Part shown: in pieces, positions 14,103-62,908 of the stretch
Position numbering within the stretch: position 1 is the stretch's first letter
Layout: each line of letters opens with the position of its first letter
Source: Chrysomallon squamiferum
Lineage: Eukaryota; Animalia; Mollusca
DNA length: 64,000 bases
Assembly (NCBI GenBank): GCA_012295275.1
Contig: CM022673.1
Coordinates: forward strand, 26,226,001-26,290,000
Direction of reading: 5' to 3'
Notes under the pieces: generated by a model
Databases searched by the model: none
The model's input: only the letters and a program-made list of their open reading frames with translations
What the model was told of the DNA's origin: nothing
Translations under genes and position numbers: made by a program

Positions 14103-15399
14103 CGATTTCCTTTTGAAAAACAAATAACAAATTAAGATGATCTATTTGTCTACAAGCGATAAAACAATATAAGTACGTTATCATATTTTTTACAGCTGAC
14201 GTGAAATAATAAAAACAAATAATAATTAAACAAAAAAGCGCAGTGGAAAAAAAAATTTGAAATCCATAAATGTATCAGCGGCTGTGACCCTTTCCAACTT
14301 CGTTATGACTTCTTCGGGGTATTAAATAATCTATTTAAAGAAACTGGACTAAATTAAAGCAAACATTTGTTTTGCTGATATTAAGATATACGTACATTTT
14401 TCCATTTGTACAGACTTACTAATATAATAAAATCTTCAGCTATGGGTTGTTACTTTTCAACCTCGATGAGAACTTCCTTCAGAAAAATAATTAAAATAAT
14501 ATTTATCTATTGTCTGAAAGAAGCCAAAAAAAAAAAAACATTTCGTAAAAGAATAGAAATTAATTTTCAGGGAGAGTGAGAAGTGGTGAAAATACACAGA
14601 AAAAACGAACAAAAAAAAAAACGTATCTGAAAACGTCTCTGTTACAATTGTTTGTCTTCATTTTTGTATAACTTCAAAGAATGATCTTTTGCTCGCACAT
14701 AGTAATTGTTAATATTCTTGTTTTAGTTGGCGAATCGCGGATTTTCGTTTCTTGTCAGTAACCATCAGACAGTTATATATTGCCTAGTAGTTACAGGGTT
14801 CTAATAGTTCTCAGGGACTCAAGCTGTTAATGTATTGAACTTTTCTTTTGAAATGAAGTTTTTTTTTTTTTTTTCATAGGGATGACAACCCCGTATTTAT
14901 TCCTGTTGATAAAGTTGATCGATTTTTTTCACACAGAGAATTAATAATATTTCAGACTTTTCTTTAAATTGTGTTTGCTAAGTCAGTGGACTTTTGCCTC
15001 TTTCTGTTGTTTTTATTGATTCCAAGACGCTGAACAAAGACATAAGATTTCTGTAGGTCAGAACTTCACCAGTTTTTGTGGTCCGAGTATCTTAGTTTTT
15101 ATGATTATTGTTTTATTATTTTGTTTTACTTATTTTTATTTCTTTTAGGATGTATATATTCCTAAAAGAAATAAAAATAAGTAAACCAAAATAATAAAAG
15201 AATAATGTGTATGTTTGTGTGTGTGTGTTTATGTATGTGTGTATGTATGTGGGTGGGTGTGGGTGTGTATTTATGTATGCTGGTATATACGTACGTGTGT
15301 TCATGTATATATTTACATATATAATATTTTGTACATAGTACATCTATACATATCAACATACAGATACACAAATAAACACACACATACCCCCCACACACA

Positions 15400-15439
<40 letters not shown>

Positions 15440-15688
15440 TACATATATATGGGTGCATTTGTATGTTAGTATGTGATGCTATACATATATTTCTAAACGG
15501 AAAATGTTAATTTTATTTCAGTGACGTTGCCAGTAATTAAACGTGAGATGATCTTGCAGATCCGTGTTTTGAAAATCACGAGACAACGGTTTGAAATCTC
15601 TTGGGAGATGAACTTAAACACGGAATGTTAAAAGCCAGATAGCGAAATCCTTTTAAAAACTGACAGATGATCCTCTCTCGCTTATTAG

Positions 15689-15790
15689 TTACGTCATGAA
15701 AAATAACCCGGAAGTCTCCGAGATAGAATATCACTTTGATGTACGACCCAAAGTTATGCCGGAAGTGAAAAGATAGTTACAGACTTCCTG
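15689..15790. promoter_or_regulatory. ETS-site cluster with a CRE-like site
   Basis: CCGGAAGT at 15708 and 15759, ACTTCCTG at 15783, TTACGTCA at 15689. Confidence 0.35.
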
Positions 15791-16564
15791 TTCACGTAAA
15801 TAATCACTTACGAAATCAAAATAACCTAATACTAACTTTAATTAAAATGCTAATATTATTGACTTTGGACAAAAAGAAAAAAAATCAAGATATTCTTTTA
15901 CTGAGTATCCATGTCAGAAATTGCAGCTCGTTTCTGAATCAACGATAAAATAAGAAATATTAAAGTAAAGAACAATCTCTTAAAAAGAAAAAGTATAAAG
16001 TTTACAACTATTTCTTTGCAGACGATACAAGATGAATTACATGAATCTTAAAAATGTGCACTTACATATGATAAAACAAGAAATATTTAATTAAAGAGTA
16101 ATGATTCAAAGATCCAACAGAAATTTACAATAGCTTTCTTACCAGAAGAACGTGATGAACCAACTGAAATTTAAATATTTGCAATCATACATGCAACTGT
16201 ATTTGTCAAACATTATCTTTACTAAATGGTTTTTTTTTTGGGGGGCTTTGTTTGAATTTTTTTTTTTCCAACAGTAGAAGTAAAAAGAGTACAGCTCATT
16301 AGGGTTCAAAAATTTCACGAAAAGGGGAACATTTTGGCCTTTTATTTATTTTCGAGATGTTACAGTTTTATTAAGACTGATCGTAAGAAACAAATACATC
16401 AGTGGACGTACGAAGTTGAGCTGTTTGTTTGTGGCGTCTAAAGTACACTTTAACCAGCGCTGATTCTGGCACGTCCACGACATCGACATCTGAGATTAAT
16501 TGCCAGCTTCGGCAACGTTGTCTAAGACGGAACCTTCTGAACAGTTCTCTGACGGATATAAATA

Positions 16565-17120
<556 letters not shown>

Positions 17121-17384
17121 CACATAAACAACATATCATTTTACGTCTGAGTTTCTCGTGCCTGTGTGTGTACTGTTTATTGTTACAAAGATGATATAAC
17201 AGATAGAAAATAAACCACTTACTGCGCGTTCTTGAGGTCTTTCGGTCATGCCTAAAGGGATGTTAGTTAATTTGATCCTGATTTCTAAATCCTTTTATCT
17301 ACTTCTCTCGTGATCTCCTTAAGCGTCACTCATAGACAGAATGACCTAGTTATTGTACACACACACAAACACACACACACACAC

Positions 17385-17466
<82 letters not shown>

Positions 17467-18044
17467 GAGAGAGAGACACACACACACATAGACACAAATA
17501 TGTTTTGTAGTATATAATACATTTTCAATTCCTTGCTCATTTCTTTATTTTTCAATCCTCATTACAGTTTAATCAGTTTTCGTAATGCTGGACCACCACT
17601 GCTAGTACTACTACTACTACTACTATAACTACTACTGCTACTACTACTACGATTTATTATTATTATTATGATTATAATATTATTATTATTATTACTATTA
17701 TTATTATTTAATAATAATAACAATTCTGACAGGCTACAAATTCAGCCATGTTCTTACAACACCTGTACTGACGTCACGTCTGTTTTTGTAACGCTTTTCA
17801 CAGAACACTGAAGAGATGTCAGTCGCTCGGCAACTCCTCCGTTCTGTAGATCTGCAGTGTCCACGTGCGCTCTGTTGTGTCTGGCGCGTGTCTACGTTTA
17901 TCTCATAATCTGTTGTCACGTCACGGCTCATTTCTGCTGCTTGTCACACTTCGTCTACTCATCAGTCCGTTCCCCTACATTTCAGTCAACTGACGATTAG
18001 TTTCTGCCAGCAGACGGCATTCTCAGCATTCAAAACAAACACCA

Positions 18045-18340
18045 CTGCATGAAGCGTCTTTCTTTGAAAACGCGCTAGGTCGAAGGATCGACCCTTCTTA
18101 GGGTTCAAGAGTATTTTATTTCCCGTTATATCCAGAACACACTTTTTTTTTTTTTTAATTAAAGGCTAAGGTATGACCCTTTATTTCCGTGGGAAAAGAC
18201 ATTATGATAATTCGTCTCTTTATTATTTCCTGTGAATCAGCGGGTTTCCTCTCTAGTACAATCATTAGATAAGAAATCTAATGTGACCGATACACAGTAA
18301 CCGCTAGTTATAAAACGTACGAAGGTGTCGAAATGAAATT
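18045..18340 (+). mobile_element. Decayed molluscan tRNA-SINE (Meta/MESC-type core, from recall)
   Basis: Ordered blocks GGTCGAAGGATCGACCC, AAAGGCTAAGGTATG..GTGGGAAA and CAGCGGGTTTCCTCT resemble the common gastropod SINE consensus. Related fragments at about 5866-5945 and 62040-62160. Confidence 0.5.
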
Positions 18341-18619
18341 ATAGTATTTATTCATACGACCCCCATAGATCCCCGATACACGATATATATGTAAATCAAT
18401 GAATAAAATTATTGTTTATTAAAGCATGAGATGAGTATAAAACAGGACACAATACATTATTTATGCCGATGAGACAATAAATTGTAATTATTAGTATTAA
18501 AACGAATTAAAAATTACATTTTTTTGTTTTATATAAAAGGTAGACACTGACAGTAATAATGCTAAATATAAAAATAAATATGCAGATAACTAAACATATT
18601 CTTAAATAAGAAAGCTCGA

Positions 18620-18659
<40 letters not shown>

Positions 18660-20522
18660 AAAAAAAAGAGAGAAGAAACCAATGCAGCGCTTTTTCAACA
18701 CCTTCCTTACAAAATGACGAAAAACTGTTATATCTGAATCACTAAATCAATATCTCTACTATTAATATAGTAGGTGTGAACTATGTTCATGTGACTAATA
18801 ATTTTACCTGTGAAATATTGGATTATTTAATAATTTTAACCTTTTAGCAAGTATGTACTGTTCGATTATTTGATACAGTTTATATATAGTAAGTTTAATA
18901 TATATATTTATAGCATGTGCTTTTGATAATTTTATCTTGTTGCGAATCTGTATAATAGTTGATTATTTAATTACATTTACCTTTCAGAAAAGGTATATAT
19001 ATAGAGCGAATCTGTGTACTATTTGATTATTTAATTACATTTACCTTGCAGAAAAGGTATATATATATATATATTATTTTGTAATTCACGAGAAACCTAT
19101 TACATTAATATCATCAGTAATCAAATAAACGTTTGGTTAAATTAGAAAAGGCGATAGCGATTTCAGTAGACGACTCTGAAATACTAAGAAGCTTTATAAG
19201 GCTTAGATTTCTTTTTTTTTTTTCTGGGAACTGAAGAAAGTTAGAACACTACTGAGATGTTCTTACCAATGTCTTGGGAATGGTTAACTGGGAAATCGAT
19301 GAGAAAGTCACCTTATCTAGATCTGTGTTCTGGAATGACCAAACAAAACAAAAACAAAAAAAATATTGCAAAAGGACACGGAAACACATAGTCTTGTGTT
19401 TTGTGGACAAACAAATTATCATTTTTTTGTCTGATGTATCCAAGATGGAAATATGTAATTTTAAAAAATGTTGTATTTCTAATTTGGGAAACATTAACTA
19501 TCAAATGTGTTATTTACGTATATACAAATAATGTGGAGATTAACTAACTTGTTACATCAGATGTATCACAAATAACAGTTATTATTTCTAATTTGGTGAT
19601 AACTGCACTTATCACTTTTGTGTTATTAACTATTAGATAACTTGAAAATATGGATCTGTTATGGATCAAATTTTATGATTTATGAAACATTATAATTAAA
19701 AAATAAAAAAAAAAAAAAAAATATATAAAATATATATTCTGATTTTCAGCTTTTAATCTATTAAAAAAATTAAAAGATTTCTGATTTGAAAGAAATAGTT
19801 AAACAACTTCTCCTATTAAAAAAAAAAAATAAAAAAAAAAAAAAAAACATTTTCAGTAATATTATGTATCACATGTACCAGACCAAAAAACCCACCTTTA
19901 TCAAAGGGCATTAATATTAATACTTTTAAAGCGTTACTGTATTTAACAAAATTATAGATTATCATTCACTCCCACCGCTGTCTGTGCGCTATTGTCAGCT
20001 CTGCTTATGTAACCTATTGTAACTGTCACAGATCATCATACACCGCCAGTGAATTCAGCCAATACCATCACAATCAAGCTATTTGCAAACATCTGACGAA
20101 GAAAATTCAGTTTCCCCAAGATCTTGCAAAAAGCGAAGACGTTGATAAAATCACGACAACAACAACAGCCGCCGCGGCGTCATCATCATCGTCTCAAATC
20201 ACGGTTGGCGAGATTTCGAATTCTTCCAATGAGAGCGCGACCAAACGTATAACAGAGATTTGTATTAACCGTTTGTGTCGTCACGTGATTAGCTGAAAAT
20301 CCTCGAGGAATATGAAAACTGCCTTCATGTTAAGCAGGTTTAAAATTAAAAAAAAAAAAAAAAAAAAGTAAAAGAGAGATAGATAGAGAGAGAGAAATTT
20401 ATTAACGTGGGTGCCAACAGAAAATAGTCTTCGTATGAAAATGCCTTGAAGAGCGGAGAAGATCTGTGATCAGTTTGAAGTGAAGTGTTAAAGTAGTTCG
20501 CTCGGTTGATCACGAACTGAAC

Positions 20523-54187
<33,665 letters not shown>

Positions 54188-55380
54188 GAAGGATCCACTA
54201 CGTTATCAAACATTTTGGTTAAGAAGGAGCTACTACGTTATGAAACATTTTGGTTAAGAAGGAACTACTACGTTACGAAAGATTTTGGTTAAGAAGGAGC
54301 TACTACGTTATGAAACATTTTGGTTAAGAAGAGAAATGTTAAGAAGGAACTACTACGTTATGAAACATTTTGGTTAAGAAGGTGCTACTACGTTATGAAA
54401 CATTTTGGTTAAGAAGGATCCACTACGTTATGAAACATTTTGGTTAAGAAGGAGCTACTACGTTACGAAACATTTTGGTTAAGAAGGAACTACTACGTTA
54501 CGAAAGATTTAGGTTAAGAAGGAACTACTATGTTACGAAAGATTTAGGTTAAGAAGGAACTACTACGTTACGAAAGATTTTGGTTAAGAAGGAACTACTA
54601 CGTTACGAAAGATTTTGGTTAAGAAGGAACTACGTTACGAAAGATTTTGGTTAAGAAGGAACTACTACGTTACGAAACATTTTGGTTAAGAAGGAACTAC
54701 TTACGTTACGAAAGATTTTGGTTAAGAAGGAACTACGTTACGAAAGATTCTGGTTAAGAAGGAACTACGTTACCAAAGATTTCGGTCAGGAAGAAACTAT
54801 GTTATGAAAACGTATATGTTAAAAAGAAAACATGTTATCAAACATTTCCAAAAACGTTTCTCATAAGATGAAAATATGTTATCAAACATTTACGTTAAGA
54901 ACAAAAAAAAAAAAAAAAAAAAAAGAAGAAGAAAAAGACGTGTGACTTTTTTTCTATTGAGAAGAAAACATGAATGCACTGAAATCCACGGCTTGTATGC
55001 GTGCGTGAAGATTTTGTAGCAAACATTAACGTGAACTAATCCTTTAATTTCCTTCATCACCGAGAAGAGGACGCTTCTGTGATACTCCACGCGCTGAAAT
55101 CCTCGGAATCCTAAGTCATTAAAAACGAAAAACGTGGGGAAAAAAAAAAGAAAAGAATTGCAGTATTAAAGCGATTTGTTAAAAATCTGGCTTCTCGTCT
55201 TTCTGGAAAGAAAAACAATTTTGTAAAAACATTTTTACATTAACTGACACTGGAAGCTGTTGTCGTCTAACGACACGTTTCGAAAGTTATTACAAAAATT
55301 TATTGTTCCTAACGATTGTTTATATATATATATATACAGAGAGATAAAAGATATCCATATTTTAGATCAATCATTTTTAA

Positions 55381-55417
<37 letters not shown>

Positions 55418-55733
55418 GCACATTACTTATATTTTATGTTCACGACATATCTCCATTGGTTTTCACTTACACAGAACTCCTTTATTAAAGACATATATGT
55501 TTCGTATTAATGATTTATGTTTTATTTTAATGGCATATGTTTTATAGTAATTTGGTGTTATGTTAATGGAGTGTGTTTTATGACATCATTATGTTTTATG
55601 TCGGTAACATAAATATTATGCTCAATATTGATGACGTATGTTTTATGTTAATGACAAATATTTAATATTAATTACATTTTTTTTTTTTAATGTTAACCAT
55701 GTATATTTCCAAGTAATTATATTATTTTTATTA

Positions 55734-55786
<53 letters not shown>

Positions 55787-55930
55787 TAACATTATGTTTG
55801 CTTAGTGCTGTTGTAAATCAGAACAATCTATATTGATCAGTAAATTTGTTTGTCATTTTTATTGTAATATTTACTTGGTGATATTGTTGTTGGTCACATT
55901 TCAATGATATTTATTTTTCACAGTTTATTG

Positions 55931-55936
55931 AATAAA
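55931..55936 (+). terminator. Candidate polyadenylation signal of the GPCR gene
   Basis: AATAAA after a long AU-rich stretch typical of a 3' UTR; weak evidence in such AT-rich DNA. Confidence 0.3.
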
Positions 55937-56126
55937 TGTACTGTAGCAAAAAACACGGTATCGGACTTTTTATGTAACTTTAAATTTTAAAGAAAAAAAT
56001 ATTGTAACTGTCTTATATGTCAGTAAACTCCATATTTATTAGATAAATAAAATAAAGAAAGAAGATAGTTGTTTTACTATAAAAATAGGATGAAAGTATG
56101 TATATATTTGAGCGAATATACATACA

Positions 56127-56158
<32 letters not shown>

Positions 56159-56966
56159 CAAACATACATACATACATATACAAACATATATACACATACA
56201 TCACTGTACATAGCTATAATTAAACGAAGATAAATTTTAAGCTAGTATGTGAATGTAGATATTATTTATTATAGGTGTGTGTGTGAGTGTGTGTGTGTGT
56301 GTGTTTAAATATACATTGATGTGTTTCCTAATTTAATTGAATTTTACACTGAAACAGTAATTCGTAGTTTAGAATACTATGGAATGTTTAAGCAGAAAAC
56401 AACAAAGTATCTAAAATCCTATTCCTTTGTCATATTAACTTTAAACGTTTATCCTGTACATATATCATTTAGTGGTTAAATATGACTCCCATGGGTTAAA
56501 CATCTAACGCAGTCAAAGGTAATGTGGTTTCAGCTTTATTGTCATCATTATAACTTCGTTGACACATAATTACCAGTATTTCTCTGTTCTGTCGTTTCGT
56601 TAAACATTGATTGTGAAATAGAAAATAGTTTTATTTTCAAAATGTCAAAGTAGAAAGAAGAAGAATGACAAACCATGTAATAAATGAACTATAATTCTGT
56701 TTTCGCCAGTTTAATTAAATACGAAATAGTCGTTTATTGTTTAATACGTGCTTTTATTCAAAGCTGAAGAAAATAAATTCAAAAGATTATGCAAAAATAA
56801 AGAGACCAATATAAATATTTTTATCTTAACACACTCATATACATGTGTAATATTAGATGCACTTTAAAAATATATATTAAACTATAACAAAATTCAATCT
56901 TATTTAATTTAAGATTTTTTTGTAGTTGTTTTCTCATACAATTATTTACAATAATATATACATACA

Positions 56967-57012
<46 letters not shown>

Positions 57013-57151
57013 CACACACACTCAAACACACACATACACACACATACACACACATACACAGACATACACAGACACACATACATTTACATTTCAAAACAAA
57101 CACGTTAAACGAATATTAATTTATTTACAAACCTGTTATAACAACATAATG

Positions 57152-57182
<31 letters not shown>

Positions 57183-57395
57183 AATGTTTAAAAATTGAAA
57201 CCAGTTTCTTTCTTTTAAACATAGCTTTCTTACTATTATTAATTTAAGAAGAAAAATAAAGCTTCAGAAAAGTGTGAAATAAGTGTTTCATTTATTTATT
57301 TATTTATTATATTTTATTATTTTATTTTTTTTATATATTTTAATATTTGTATTTTTTTATTTTTTTTATTTATTTACTAATTAAATTGTTTATCT

Positions 57396-57426
<31 letters not shown>

Positions 57427-58514
57427 TTTTTTTTTTAATGTAAAACACATTTTTATTAGAAATAATATTTTATCGTCTGCTGGAAATAAGCAGACGTCAC
57501 TGCTTTACTGAATCGTGAAACCAGCAACTAATTAACACGAGCTGTTTTAGCTTAGCTTGAACCACACTTTGACGTCTGCTGGAATGTACGCCAATGAAAG
57601 CAAAGTAAGTGTAAAATAAAGTACGTACTTTAGCACAGTAGGTATAACATGAAGTACGTGCTTCAGCAAATTAAGTATAAAATGAAGTATGCACTTGAAT
57701 CAGATAAAGTAGCAAATTATCTGTACTGACAAGTTATCTGTACTGCGTCTTCAGCTTCATGAAATATAGCTCTATTCTGTTGTTTGTCAGTTGTGTTTCT
57801 TTAATTAACTTATTAATAAAGACACACTTTTGCTTTGAATATATCTAAAGTTTAAATTATAATGAAATATTTGACTGCATATTTACTATAACTGAAAAGT
57901 TACATTCATAAACGTTCGAAGGTGCCTTTAATAATGCATATAATTTTTTGAAGAAGTGAAATTATAACATATATTTTACATATAAATATCCAAATTAAGT
58001 ATACATATCAGACAATTTATCTAGCTTCCAAAAAAATCGCTGTTACAAATATCTGTTAAGATTGATAAAATTTTGTTCTTTACTTTTGATTGGTTGATTT
58101 TTTTTTTTTAATATATATTAAATTTTGGCCCTGAAAACTGGAAAATTGTCTGATACTTGTACGTAGTTATATTAAAAAATTATTTTTTGTTATTTATAAC
58201 AAACCTGAAACATTTTCAGTTAATACTAAAAACTAAATACTCATCATCTACAACAATCCTGAAAAATTTTCAGTTATACAAATAAATAAATGCTCTTGTC
58301 GATATTTCCAGTGACAAGGTACATTTATGTCCAAACATCTGTTTGTAAAAATGTATCACAAAAGCCATTTTGGAGATCCGAGTATCGTATTACTGGAAAT
58401 ATCTTCAAGAGCAGGTCTTTCCGTCGACATTTATTTCACTTCACTTCACACACACGAACACACACACACATGCACACACATACACACACATACACACACA
58501 CACATACACACTCA

Positions 58515-58546
<32 letters not shown>

Positions 58547-59091
58547 TTTACATAAATAAACACATAGGAACGTCAAAACCCATTCGTTAGTGATGATAGC
58601 TGAGAATGAAACAGTGTAAGGAACAGATGTCTTGAGCGACCAGTCATCGGTTAAATTGAATTTTCTAACCCTGAACCTCGATAATGAGACGACGATTAAC
58701 TGAAAACAAACACACACACAAACACACACACGCACACACACACACACACACACAGACACAGACACACACACACGCACACACACTCACACACACACACACA
58801 CACACAGACACACACACACGCACAAACACACATACACACACGCACACTCACGCAAACACACACGCACAACTGTCTCGTTTTCACTGCAGTCTTTTCTTCA
58901 CTCGATATTCATCATCGCACAGGTGGGTTTGTGTCTTTGTTTAATCTTTTTTTTCTTCTTCTTCTTCTTCTTCTTCTTCTTCTCTAGCTGCAAAACATGC
59001 ACACCTGGGTTTCCACCAGCGGCAACAACGTTCTCATTATTTTGTTGTCTGTTTGTAAAATTTAATAAATGGGTTCACGCAGAAAGAATGC

Positions 59092-59123
<32 letters not shown>

Positions 59124-59554
59124 CTGGTCTGGTATTTTACACCTGGGTACGTTTGTTAATAGAACTTGTATTTCAAAAAGTCCAAACAACTGCAGCATCT
59201 GGGGATATTTTAAATCTCCGGAGTAGTTATAATTTTCCATTTGAGACTGTATTAGCATGTGTGAATTTCACAGAAACACGTGTGCACACAAATATACAAG
59301 TACACAAACATATGCATACAATATATATATATATATATATAAACTCATTAGCCATTTCCGATTTATTCTAACATCCTGGAACTGCCCCAGCTTGTAAAGA
59401 AACAAAGAACTGAATAAAAGACGAGGTGAAATAAATATATCTTGATATAATCATTAAAAATATATATTAAAAAATAATTTACAGAATTATTTGGTCCGCC
59501 GTTACTTTTTACGGGCATATCAAAAGAATGGGCCTAAAAAATGACTTCATCCTA

Positions 59555-59639
<85 letters not shown>

Positions 59640-59689
59640 CAGACATACAAACATACACAGGTTGACATAAACAGCACACGCAAAAAATC

Positions 59690-59815
59690 ACCTATGGTTT
59701 TGACAAATTAGGCACTGGGATCCAGGGAAGAACGGGAAACAAAACCAAAAAGGTTTCGCTGAGGAGGATCGATCTTGCTACATATCACGACCCAGCCATT
59801 CGCTTATTACAACCA
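59690..59815 (-). mobile_element. SINE fragment, same family, reverse orientation
   Basis: GCACTGG..AACGGGAAA..GAGGAGGATCGATC..CGCT matches the antisense of the SINE 5' half. Confidence 0.4.
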
Positions 59816-60349
59816 CAGGAACACACAGGCAGCAGCAGCCCTGTTTAGTGTATTCCACTGTTAACTTTGTTAGCGGGTGTAAATTACCTGACCTAGCGGC
59901 GAGACAAGTTGACCTTTCCCGCTATCCCGACCAGCTCCTGGAAGCAAGCAGACGGTGTGCACTAGTCAGACTGAGCAGTTATTTACCGCGCGCGTTAAAA
60001 CTGCACATCGTCTCGACACTTGTTTTCTCCTCATTTAGTTTCAATTATTTAACTTTACGCCGGCTTGACCTTTTCTGCTGTTTGGTACCGTCTTCTTTTT
60101 TTTTTTTTTTTTCTTTTTAAGAAGGTTATTGTAATTGTGTTGGTTAAAACGCAGGCTGCCGGAGTCTTGATAAATAGTAGATGTGCTGATAAGAGATATT
60201 TCCAGTTGGCTTAGTCCCATATGGTAGAATCCCATTTCGTAGAAAGGCTAAATGTGGTTCAGTAGTCTTATTGACATGTTTGGTTTTACCTCAGTCATTT
60301 TAATGAACTGCTCCAGATTATTTGGAAAGCGATTATTATTGTATATATA

Positions 60350-61009
60350 CAGTAACATCTCGCTTAACGATATCCCGCTTTAACAATCTTTCTTCTTTAC
60401 AAATTATATAAATAGAAATTTAATTTAATAGTTAATTGCTCGAAATAAATGATACAAATGTATACAGTGCATGTTTTTAAGTCCTTTTTCTTTAATTTTT
60501 CGTTCATTCACGAGCTTCTCTCAGCTGTTTTGATCAGTTGACACGTCATACGTGCATCTGATATTCTGATTCTCTTTTGTCTTCTGCTTCGATTTAGACT
60601 TAAACTTGTTTGGAATTTACCCCTCCAATATGTCAAAACGAATAACAGTATACCGGCAAATGCTGATGATAAAAGAAACGGAAGACAATAACTTTAGAAA
60701 CAAAATACATTATCTTAAATGAAACCAAACCCACAATGAGCGGCATATACTTATTTCTTAATGTATTTGTATAAATTGATTTGTAAATGATTTACTGTTT
60801 ATTTAATATCTACAATCTATTAAATCATTTATGTCTAAACTGCCGTTTTATTTCTCCTTATTTCACCTTTTTTTTTTATGTCAGATCTCATCAGCAAGAA
60901 AGTAACCACTGCTTTTAACCTTAATTCTATGTAAATTAGTCTCCCGCTTATCTCACTTAACTATTGGAAGTTTTGGAACCAATTACATCTTTAATCTGAG
61001 GTATTATTG
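60350..61009 (+). mobile_element. pogo/Tigger-type internal-deletion derivative
   Basis: TA|CAGTAACATCTCGCTTAACGAT ... ATCTTTAATCTGAGGTATTATTG|TA eroded inverted ends. Internal KKRKTITLETKYIIL (60673-60717) resembles the Tigger/CENP-B transposase N-terminus. Confidence 0.65.
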
Positions 61010-62875
61010 TAGTATGGATATCGCTTATCGCATAAAGTATGCAATAATGACAAATATCGAAATAATCTATGTATCGAATATAGTGAATGTAAATAATTAA
61101 AAAAGAAAGTATTTATCTAAAAGTATTCCCAATGATTTGGTCCTTCGTATAAACTTTTTCAGTCATAGCCAAAGTATTTTCAGGTCATAATATCTTTAGT
61201 GTACATATTATTAATATACTATGTCAAATATATTGTATAATATGTGCACAATCTGAATATGTATGTGTGCATAACGTAAATATGATCAGTAACAGATATC
61301 TTGTACATGTTTAAGCTGAATATGGTTGAATTTGAAAAGTTAATGATAAATGTAACGATCAAATATTCTATTTACTGAATATAAGTAAATTACTCATATG
61401 TAAAATATGTTTTGTTAAAAATTATATTTGCTGAATTAGTTATTTATAATATTTTTGTCGTATTCTCTTACAGAAGCAAGCCATTTTTCTTTTCTTTCAT
61501 TCTTTTTTCGTTTTGTTTTTTAATAGATAGATGAAATTGATGTAAAATTGTTTATTATTGGTTGCTTGTTTTGTAACGGAAATGAAATGTTTATGAATTA
61601 GAAATGACCAGTTTAAAAAAAAAAAGTAAAAAATAATAATAGTAACAGTAATTATAATAAGAAGAATAACAAGAATAACAATAATAATAATAATAACAAC
61701 AATAATAATAGTAATAATATTATAATAATAATAATAATGTTGATGATGATAATGAGAATGAGGAAGATGATGAAATAATGAAAAAGTAACAAATTAACAA
61801 CAAATGAGTTGTGAATGCTTATTCTGCTTTCGGTTGATGTTACGTAATCGATTTAGGAACAATGCGCTCCCCCTCTGAATGTTAGAAAGAAACCAGATGT
61901 ATGCACAGGCCAAGTTCATTATATACAGAGGTAATCAGGTATTGCGGTAAACCAGCTTTTTCTACGAAATGGGAATTATACGAACTGGGAATCTACCAAA
62001 TGGGAAGACACCTTCCAGTTATTTGTTAGCCCAGTTTATTAAATTATCCGTTGGTGTTTGTTATGCTGTTTATGGGAAGGTTTATATAAATGGCGCGATT
62101 CTGCTAATCTGTAAGAGAAGTCTTGTGGAGCCGCAGCAGACGATTTCCTGTTTCATACCGTCTCCATTTTTAACTAAAATGAAATATTATTAAATAACTG
62201 TTCAAACGAATATGATGCATTTCATCATTTATCTTTCTCTGTCGGTTTAAAGACAAGATTAGCTGTGTATTTTTTTTTTTTTTTTTTTTGTTTAGCATTA
62301 CATCAAGTTTACTAAAAGAAAGACATAGCTAATCCTGACTTGTAAATATTGCCATGTTATTTACCAAAACGAAAAACCACAAAAATTAACTTCATTTTTT
62401 ATTTTTATTTAATTTATTTTTATTTTTTCATAAAAGAAAGAAAATGGTCTGTAAGATATAAACATATATATAGATATAAAATACAAAATTTTTTTTTTTT
62501 GAAAATCATTAAAAAAAATGTAATGAAATAAAAAAATATATAAAATAAATAAAAAAATAAAAAAATATATTTTTCTTAAACGAGCAGCATCGAGTACTTT
62601 CTTTGAAAATTTGCACACAGAATCCTGCTCGTTCATGAAAGGACTAAAACGCTCGTGTTATTTCTGGAACAACACACCACACGAAGACATTTCCGTTACT
62701 GCCATTAAAAGACGGTATCAAAAGAAACACACTGCGACTGTGTAATCTAATCTCGGAAGAAATACAGAAAGGATTTCTGTTTGAAAAAATAGACATTTAC
62801 AAAATTAAAATATTTTGTTTCACTTCTCTTTTTCTACGTGAACAACAAATATAATAGCAGTGCCTAACGTCTGGG

Positions 62876-62908
<33 letters not shown>

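Noticed and set aside
58570-58700. C/D snoRNA or minus-strand exon between two (CA)n tracts
   Set aside because: GTGATGA and CTGA are present but there is no terminal stem or recognisable guide, and the translation shows no family signal.
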